Of a stretch of 64,000 bases of DNA, positions 52,801-59,416 are shown piece after piece. Where the stretch lies: assembly GCA_963782525.1 (NCBI GenBank), contig CAWAKC010000003.1:320001-384000 (forward strand), written 5' to 3'. The translations under genes were made by a program, and so were the position numbers. Under the pieces are notes generated by a model, which ran no database searches, was not told the DNA's origin, and saw only the letters and a list, made by a program, of their open reading frames with translations. Source of the DNA: Candidatus Bathyarchaeota archaeon. Its GTDB lineage: Archaea > Thermoproteota > Bathyarchaeia > Bathyarchaeales > Bathycorpusculaceae. The first letter of the stretch is position 1, and every line of letters begins with the position of its first letter.

Positions 52801-53019
52801 TCAAATCAGGGTTACACACAAGACAGCAACAACTTTTACGTATGGTTCACTACGCAATTTAGTGCCCATCAAATGGCAATTCAATTTACAGTACCTTCAA
52901 CCTCGAAAGCATCATCATCTTTGTCTGTATTTGCCGTTCTATTGACCGTTCCCGAAATCGTTTTAATCTATACGGTAATAGCCATCCGTCGCCTAAGACG
53001 AAAACCTGAAAATACATAA
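49882..53019 (+). CDS. Large Thr/Ser-rich surface protein (adhesin-like): tandem Ig-like repeats, two InlB-B-like repeats, P/T linker, C-terminal TM
   Basis: Signal peptide; ~95-aa repeats LDHFxFxTIxxPQTxGxxFxITITAKD...SYTG; SAGAGGSISPSG repeats; TM + RRLRRK. Confidence 0.9.
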   Translation: MKNMKKLQSLIIVLIVFLSIGTLASMPAKAQTNTLSQFVFNTLSTPQTAGSVFTITITAKTPNGNTYTSYTGINTLTVSSGTITPTTTTAFVAGVWTGQVKLSQAGTGISISTSGSGKSGTTNKITVNPGALDRYIFSTISSPQTAGKAFSITITAKDANSNTVTSYTGTNTLTASLGTITPISTSAFVGGVWTGSVSLSVSSSGTTIGTSGSSKSGTSNSFNVNAGALDHFIFSSIGIQTVGSAFGITITAKDASGNTVTSYTGTNTLSASAGTISPTSTGKFSSGIWTGSVTLSAAGSAITISTSGSSKLATSNSFTVNSLSLDHYVFNTISTPQTVGSSFTITITAKASNGNTLTSYTGRPTLSVSTGTINPTVTGAFSNGVWTGTVTTTIAGSDLTIMATDGSHSGTSNPFNVNSGAANRLVVSSGTSQVVGVAFSVTVTAKDAYGNTATSYTGRVHFSSSDAGSGVSLPNDYKFQPGDLGIHTFTNGVTLITVATGVSFTATDTVTGSIAGSQTGITVTRASVVNVVVSPSGSSVTAGSSNTYSATALDAYGNTWDITSLITWSISPEAGGSWSGNVFTSAVAGSWTVTGTYASTAYTTGLTVNPAGLDHFIFNTVTPQITGSPFNITITAKDTFNNTATSYTGQPSLTYSAGSISPANMDPFVSGVGSTSVTVSIAGLNVTIKATDSTSFGTSNSFSVNPAISASAGAGGVINPTGNVSVNYFGSQSFNITANTGYSIVDVIADNISLGPVSTYTFTGVQATHMITAIFAINTFNISVSAGAGGSISPSGSVSVNYGDSQTFNITANADYHIVDVLVNASSVGAVNSYTFINLQSPNTISAIFAPTPTSTPSPTTTQNSAPTQTPKPIDAPTETPSPTPKPSPTPLPTAVPAKTDNGATVELAINGNITSSQISNAAITTNQTTATTTVSFTITGTNGSVGLGNMTIPKTAIQLGISPVIYIDGQQASNQGYTQDSNNFYVWFTTQFSAHQMAIQFTVPSTSKASSSLSVFAVLLTVPEIVLIYTVIAIRRLRRKPENT

Positions 53020-53164
53020 CTTAATTTAAATCATTAAAAATTCAAAGATACCCATTGCGAGATGCCCATTGCTGCATAACTGTTAAATGCATTAATTCTT
53101 TTTCAAAGTTAAAAGGAATTTTTTTTCCAAGCAACACAATTTTTTCTTTCAAACGTGGCAGCGT

Positions 53165-53770
53165 CCAGTACTCTCAAGAGAAGAACAATAGTTGAAATAA
53201 CACGTGTTATTGTTCTCGCAGTCTGGCATTGAGCTTTGGAAGTAGTAGTCGATTGTGCAAATTTCAACTAGGTTACTATTTCTCTTATTTGAAGAACTTT
53301 TTTACCGATTACTTTGCAATGTGCTTCAAAATGTATAATTAACTTAGTAGAAGTGCAATTTTTTCAATCTTCTTCTTCTTTTGACCCCTGATCCTTTGGC
53401 GCATAACTTTCTTTTGGCAAGTTCAAGGTAGAAGTTGTTGTCCACTCTAAAAATTCACCCGTTCAACTTCTACCACTCTGAAATTCATTCGTCAAAACAA
53501 TCTCGTTAGAAGAAGTAGTGCACCCCTTTTTCTGCAAAGCGCACTACAACTTCTATAATGAAAAGAAAAAAACCCCAAAGCTTAGAAGAAGAAAAAACTG
53601 CTTCCAACAGAATTTAATTTTTTTTTCTATCAATAAAGCTAACTTCTCCAATAGAAGAAGAACGGGTGATTTCCTACTGCATGTTTTTCTTCTTCTTTCC
53701 AACAAGCCCAAAACGCTCACGCAACTAAAAGAAGAAGACGCTATCAATTTCTTGTTCTTTCAATTAGGGC
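53165..53770. repeat. Large cluster of palindromic elements: right copy of the ~215-bp repeat (53241-53455) and left copy of the 51-bp repeat (53689-53739)
   Basis: About seven AGAAG...CTTCT-type units in 600 bp with no credible ORF. Confidence 0.85.
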
Positions 53771-53893
53771 CAATTCAAAGCACAGCTAAATTTTTGAAGA
53801 AGCTGCTCACCTTTTTTTGCGGCAGGGCAACAAGTAGGATCGGCGCGGTTAGTAATAGGAAGAATCTCGACAATTCGTTACCTTTTTGAAGAT

Positions 53894-55660
53894 CTATTCT
53901 TTCCAGTCAATAATTCCTTTTACCGGATAATAGTGCAGTTTTATTTTGCCATTTACGGACTTCATTTTAATTTCTTCGGCGTTAAACATTATTCTCATCG
54001 GTTGATTAAATTCTTGACTGAGGATATACTTCGCTTTTTCTTTTGATGAAAGGTTTGTGTCTTGTTTGAACATGTTTGCGTTAAGTGATGCTTTTTCTTC
54101 TAGTAGATTGACTTGGTCCTCTGTCAACTGGTAATTAAGGGCTTTGGCTTTTGTGGAATTTCTAATTATGAAATATCTGTCCTTAGGTCTTAGCTGGAGT
54201 TTTTGGCTTTCGATCCACTCGGTTAAAACCTTATCCACGTCGTCATCAAAGGTTGTCTCGCCGGTTGGATCTTTCATTTCAAAGACGACCGTTTGGACTT
54301 TTTTTGCACTGCCAGTTAAACCTATGTTGCTTAAACCGTTAAATCTCGTAAGGACACCCATTGTTGTCCTTTTCATGAATTTCCCTGTGCTCTCCTCACA
54401 AGGAACAATCTTAACATCTAGTTGTTTTACCTCAAACTTCTTCTTATCGGGCGTGATTCTAAAGACAGTGCCGGGGGGTTCACCGGTGGTCGGTTTTGTG
54501 TAGTACTGCCAACCGGGGGGCAATGGCTGTGGGGGTTCGATACCCTTTTTCGTCTTCCACTTCAACCAACCCAATCCAATGATTGAAAATGTGATTATAA
54601 CAGCTGCAGTGACTACTGTAATCAACCAACTGTAGTCGCCTATTGTAGAGTTAGTTGTAGTTGTTGCTCCAGAGGGATACTGTGAGGAAGTAGGTGTTGG
54701 AATACTGCTGCTTTGTATGACAAACTTTTGTATTCGGTCGTTACCAGTATCAGCAACGTATATCCCGCCAGCGTTACCAGCGGTCACGCCAAGAGGATCT
54801 TTGAATTGAGTGTCAGCAGTACCAAAATTTCCCCAAGACAGTAAGAATGTCCCGTCGGTATCGAATTCTTGGATTCGACTATTGAATTGGTCGGCAACAA
54901 AAACATGGTTGTTCTTATCGATTGAAATGCTTGATGGCAAACTGAACTGTCCGTCACCATTTCCATATGATCCCCACGAAGTTATCAAAGTTCCTTCTGA
55001 ACTAAATTTTTGGATTCTATCGTTTGATGTATCAGCAACATACACATTGTCATCTACGTCGCAGGCTATACCATCCGGATGATTAAATTGACCTAAGCTA
55101 TTGCCTTCGCTTCCCCACATCTGCAGGTAAACGGCTGCTGAGTTGAATTTTTGGACTCGCGCATTATCTTGTTCCACGACGTATATGTTGCCATTTTTGT
55201 CAACGGTTACATCTGCCGGCCGCCCAAACTGAGCGTAACCATTGCCTTGGCTACCGAAACTCTTTATGAAAGACCCTGAGGAGCTAAATATTTGGACTCT
55301 GTTGTTCTCCATGTCGGCAACATAAACATTACCGCCTTCATCCACACATGTTCCACTTGGGGAGCTAAATTGCCCGTCTCCAGAGCCGGTCTGGCCCCAA
55401 ATCGACAAGAAGCTTCCAGCAGAGCTAAACTTTTGGATACAATCGTTGTTGCTATCGCTTACATACACGTTACCTTCCGGGTCAACTGCTATTCCAACGG
55501 CTTGGTTAAATTGACCATGATTTGATCCTTCAGATCCCCATTTAAGCGAGAAGACGTACACATCACCCTTTGAAAGGGCAACACAAAAACCTAGAATCAA
55601 TAGAACAACAATTCCCAACATCAGAATGCCTGATATACGATGCCGAAGTCTTGCTGTCAA
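53894..55660 (-). CDS. Signal peptide - six NHL repeats - S/T/P linker - TM - cytoplasmic gasdermin-like domain
   Basis: Six QFxxPxxxxxDxxxxxYVADxxNxRIQxF repeats; TM at aa ~345-366; aa 380-588 follow the bacterial gasdermin motif order by eye. The NHL call is firm; the gasdermin call is tentative. Confidence 0.85.
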   Translation of the reverse strand: MTARLRHRISGILMLGIVVLLILGFCVALSKGDVYVFSLKWGSEGSNHGQFNQAVGIAVDPEGNVYVSDSNNDCIQKFSSAGSFLSIWGQTGSGDGQFSSPSGTCVDEGGNVYVADMENNRVQIFSSSGSFIKSFGSQGNGYAQFGRPADVTVDKNGNIYVVEQDNARVQKFNSAAVYLQMWGSEGNSLGQFNHPDGIACDVDDNVYVADTSNDRIQKFSSEGTLITSWGSYGNGDGQFSLPSSISIDKNNHVFVADQFNSRIQEFDTDGTFLLSWGNFGTADTQFKDPLGVTAGNAGGIYVADTGNDRIQKFVIQSSSIPTPTSSQYPSGATTTTNSTIGDYSWLITVVTAAVIITFSIIGLGWLKWKTKKGIEPPQPLPPGWQYYTKPTTGEPPGTVFRITPDKKKFEVKQLDVKIVPCEESTGKFMKRTTMGVLTRFNGLSNIGLTGSAKKVQTVVFEMKDPTGETTFDDDVDKVLTEWIESQKLQLRPKDRYFIIRNSTKAKALNYQLTEDQVNLLEEKASLNANMFKQDTNLSSKEKAKYILSQEFNQPMRIMFNAEEIKMKSVNGKIKLHYYPVKGIIDWKE

Positions 55661-55839
55661 CTTATCGACTGCTCCCCAATATTATTCTGTGTATTAAGTA
55701 ATGATGATCTATTAAGTATTAATATGGATTTGATATTAGCGACAAGGCGAAATTGCGTAGTTCATTGACTGGCAAAGTCCAACAATAATAACTTGTCAGC
55801 CCAAGCAAGATAACGTCCCAAAAAGGCCGCGACAACTTC

Positions 55840-56120
55840 TTTAGAAGAAGAACGGAGTGTCAAGAAAAAAATTCCCCGTCTTGGATTAGTAGTAGTCGTC
55901 CAGGAAATTCAGCAGACGACTTCTTCTAATGATTTGTCCAGTGTTGAAAAACGTGTTTTTCTGCGGCAAGTAATTTTACTTCTTCTTTCCAACAAGCCCA
56001 AAACGCTCACGCAACTAAAAGAAGAAGACACAATCCCTATACACATCACTATCTTCTTCTACTGCTAAGAGAAGAAGAAAAAATCGGTTTTTCCTTAATA
56101 GCAATTTTTTCTTCTTTCAA
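55840..56120. repeat. Cluster of palindromic elements with right copy of the perfect 51-bp repeat (55979-56029)
   Basis: CTTCTTCTTTCCAACAAGCCCAAAACGCTCACGCAACTAAAAGAAGAAGAC is identical to 53689-53739. Confidence 0.9.
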
Positions 56121-56208
56121 TCATTCATGTAGATGAGCGTGCGAATTGGGTGAATACAGACGATTATTATGTTTATGAAAAAAAGAAAGGAAGTTTTTGT
56201 TTAGTTTT

Positions 56209-58878
56209 TTATGGTCTTTTTCTGATCATAAGGGCGAGTACGACGCCGACTATTGCTATTGCTATGATGATTGCTACTGCTGCGCCTGCGACGTACATTT
56301 CGGTTTGGGGAATAATGACCTCGGGGTATGGAGATGTTGTTGGTGCTGTGTCGATTGCAGTGAAATGTGCTTCGGCAGACGATGGATAGTATGATGCTGA
56401 ACCTGCGAAGGTAGCTATAACTGTGTAGTCGCCGGCAATATCAGGTGTCCATGTAAAAGCGAATGTACCGCTAGTATCGCTTGTTGTGTTGCCGAGTGGT
56501 CTAAAGTTGCCGTTAGAGTCAACTACGTTGATTGATATTGGGACTCCGGTTGCGTTTGTGGGTTTTGCCTGCTGTTCGTATACATATTCCATCCATGCTT
56601 CTTGGCTTGCATCGGATACACATGGAACACCGTTGGGGAAGTTTGCTGCTTGGGCATTTTGAGTTGTGCCTGCACAGATGTCTGTTATTGTTCCGCTTAT
56701 TACCACTGGTGTTGAAGTTGATACTCCAATGTTAGGTGCTGTGACGGTTGTTTTGCTGGGTCCTTGGCCGATGCAGTATATTTGGTTGTCATAGGCGTTA
56801 AGGGCTAGAAGGAAGCCGTCTCCGATGATAGCGTTGCTGCCGCCGTTTCCTCCTGCGGCCATGTTGACTCCGAATTCCATTATTTTCCATAATTCTGCTC
56901 CGTTTGAAGCGTTTATGCAGCGGAAGTTTGGACCGCGCCAGAGAGGTTGAGAGGGCGAGTGTTCACCGCAGCCAATGTAGATTTTTCCATCTGCCACGCA
57001 GCTAATTGCGCCTGGATAGTTGCCGTATGGGGATTCGAAGCCGACTTGTGCGCATGTGTAGTTCCAGAGTTTTTCTCCTGTTTTGACGTCATAGGCATTG
57101 AGTACGCCGCCGTAGGTGAGTTCTATGATTTTGCCTTGATAGATATTGTACATCATTCCGTAGAAATCTAAGTCTGACACTGGTTCGGTTGGACCCCAGA
57201 GTGGTTGTCCGGTTGCAAGGCTGTAGCCCCAAAGTTGTCGTGTAAGTCCTTGTGCAAAGATGAAGACGCCGTCTTCTGGGTCAATTGGTACTCCGTAGGC
57301 ACCGCTGCCAATGGCCATTGTTCCTCTTGTGCTGTAAACAGTTGATGTTGCTGTGTCTGAATATGGAGGCGTGAAGGTAATGTTCCAGAGAAGCGATGGA
57401 GTAATTATTCCGTTATTATCTGGTTTAAGATTCAAAGCCCATAAATTACCCTGCACCGTCCCACTTGGATCATTTTTCCCTTGAGTTCCACCGATAACGA
57501 ATTGATCTTCACGGACGCAATATATGCTGCCCTGTATCGCTGGAATCGATGCATTCAATGAGAAGCCGTTGTTTCCATCGTAAGTCACGTTTAGGCCAGG
57601 TCGCCACATCCAATAGTTGTTAGCTGTGAAGGCAGAATAGTCACGGTTTTGGTACATAGCTGAAGTGCCCCTCCACCAGATAGCTTGAGTTGTATTCCAT
57701 ACTGTCAGATAGTATCGGGGGTTTGCAGTTGTTCCATAATTGACGATGTTATAGCGTAGTATACTTCCGTCTTTTCCGTAGACCGCTGTACCTGACGACG
57801 ACACGTTTGCTATGCTGCACATGTAGTTACCTGAGAAGGCATCGTACATCATCCAAGTGTTTGCTGTAGCTGCACTAGTGCTCCATAGGTATGGGAAACC
57901 GCCGTGTTGGTTAGGTGATTCGTAGTTGAGTATTTGACCAAATGCCAGTGACTGACCCGGAATACTGCCTGAGGAAGATTGGCTTGGTGCGGTTATTGAA
58001 CCGGTAGTGTTGTAGAAGTAGTCTGTTTGGCCTGTATATAGATCCACGCAATACCAGCCTTCTTTCGGGAGCGATTGAACGTTGTAGTAGAGTTTTCCAT
58101 TCATTATTATTGGTGGAGCAAAAGCTAGGCCTTCGTAGTGGAACGTTTGGTAGCCTATGTCGTTGAATCGTGCATCCATAATGCCTCCAGCCCACATTGG
58201 TCTTGTCCACATTACGTGAGCGCTTTCTGGTCCGTCGCCGTATGCAAAATTGTTAGTTGCGCCAACAGTTTGAGCTGCGCCGGACAACCAGTTTCCGGCA
58301 AGCGTGTACCAGTTTCTATTTAGATCATTTATTGGGCGTGTCCAGTATGCTGATGGGAGAGGAGTCTCTTGCCATTGGGCTATTGGGTCCTGCTGAACGG
58401 TGACTGTAAGTGCGGTGCTTGTGGCGGCTGTAAAAGTGTCGTTCACGTATGTTAGGCTTTGACCGACGGAAGCAGGCGCCAGAGGGTTACCTGTCATCAC
58501 CTGTTGAGCTTGTCTTGCGACGAATGTGTATGTGCCCACTTCAGTAGGTGTGTATGAAGCGTATCCACCTCCAATAGGATCAGAGGTGATTGGTCCTAAC
58601 GAATCATTAGTTCCGCTAGGCTTCATGATGTCCACGTAGAAGATGAATCTGTCACCGTAATCGCCAGTAGCGGTTGGTGGGTAATTATTGCTCCAGAAAA
58701 TAATGTTCTCTTGCTGACCGACGCCTATGACGCTATTTGTGACTGCAATGTAACAATAGTCAACAACAGTCCATGCGGGATAATGAGCTTCAGAGAGAGG
58801 CAAACCGACAAACGAAATAGTGATTGTTAACATCAAAATTATTGCTATCAAAAATGCTATAGTTTTTTTCTTTTCCAT
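56209..58878 (-). CDS. Secreted PQQ-type beta-propeller repeat surface protein (paralog 2)
   Basis: Same architecture as 38682; EAWMEYVYEQQAKPTNATGVPI; TM + RKRP. Confidence 0.88.
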   Translation of the reverse strand: MEKKKTIAFLIAIILMLTITISFVGLPLSEAHYPAWTVVDYCYIAVTNSVIGVGQQENIIFWSNNYPPTATGDYGDRFIFYVDIMKPSGTNDSLGPITSDPIGGGYASYTPTEVGTYTFVARQAQQVMTGNPLAPASVGQSLTYVNDTFTAATSTALTVTVQQDPIAQWQETPLPSAYWTRPINDLNRNWYTLAGNWLSGAAQTVGATNNFAYGDGPESAHVMWTRPMWAGGIMDARFNDIGYQTFHYEGLAFAPPIIMNGKLYYNVQSLPKEGWYCVDLYTGQTDYFYNTTGSITAPSQSSSGSIPGQSLAFGQILNYESPNQHGGFPYLWSTSAATANTWMMYDAFSGNYMCSIANVSSSGTAVYGKDGSILRYNIVNYGTTANPRYYLTVWNTTQAIWWRGTSAMYQNRDYSAFTANNYWMWRPGLNVTYDGNNGFSLNASIPAIQGSIYCVREDQFVIGGTQGKNDPSGTVQGNLWALNLKPDNNGIITPSLLWNITFTPPYSDTATSTVYSTRGTMAIGSGAYGVPIDPEDGVFIFAQGLTRQLWGYSLATGQPLWGPTEPVSDLDFYGMMYNIYQGKIIELTYGGVLNAYDVKTGEKLWNYTCAQVGFESPYGNYPGAISCVADGKIYIGCGEHSPSQPLWRGPNFRCINASNGAELWKIMEFGVNMAAGGNGGSNAIIGDGFLLALNAYDNQIYCIGQGPSKTTVTAPNIGVSTSTPVVISGTITDICAGTTQNAQAANFPNGVPCVSDASQEAWMEYVYEQQAKPTNATGVPISINVVDSNGNFRPLGNTTSDTSGTFAFTWTPDIAGDYTVIATFAGSASYYPSSAEAHFTAIDTAPTTSPYPEVIIPQTEMYVAGAAVAIIIAIAIVGVVLALMIRKRP

Positions 58879-59025
58879 TTTTAACTCTTTCCTTTACACT
58901 TTGTTTGGCAAGTAAACTTTCATTAGATTGCCTGCCAACAAAATCAGTTATCGCCCCAAGAAATATTTAAAATATTGGCTTCTTTTGCTAATCATACGGT
59001 TTTTTTCTTTCAATTATCAACCCTA

Positions 59026-59150
59026 CCAGTACTTCTAAGAGAAGAACAAAAACAACTGAAATTTTGGCGTGTTGTTGTTCTTCCGATCAGGGGAAGCAAC
59101 CAGCTAACTAAAAGAAGAAGAAGCGCCCCTGCGGCAACCTTCTTCTTTTA
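59026..59150. repeat. Two palindromic elements between surface-protein paralogs
   Basis: GAAGAACAAAAAC...GTGTTGTTGTTCTTC and AAAAGAAGAAG...CTTCTTCTTTT; the first resembles 53165-53217. Confidence 0.75.
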
Positions 59151-59416
59151 GGCCTTGGCGAGCCCAAGTAACAAACTTTTTACAAACTGTTAAAGAAAGA
59201 TAGGTTGCAGCTAGAAGCTATAAATAAGAAAATTATCCAGATCCTACCCGATCCATATCATTCAAACCCCTAAAATACCCATTGGACGGCCTACCTCTTA
59301 GCGACTAGCTGTCAGTTTTGTTGATTAAATCGTTCAATTGGTCTATGGCGCTCAGGCTGTATGCCCTTAATTTTTTGGACTAAAAAAGGGGAAGATTAGG
59401 TTTTTGTTTGGCATAT

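Noticed and set aside
53165-53770. Possible CRISPR array in the repeat clusters
   Set aside because: Units are divergent and irregularly spaced, some spacers are shared between clusters, and there are no cas genes.
53518-53889. 123-aa and 64-aa ORFs (similarly 41441..41641, 49569..49760, 62908..63247)
   Set aside because: They read through GAA/TTC palindromes, giving EEE/RRR/LLL/FFF runs; likely spurious.
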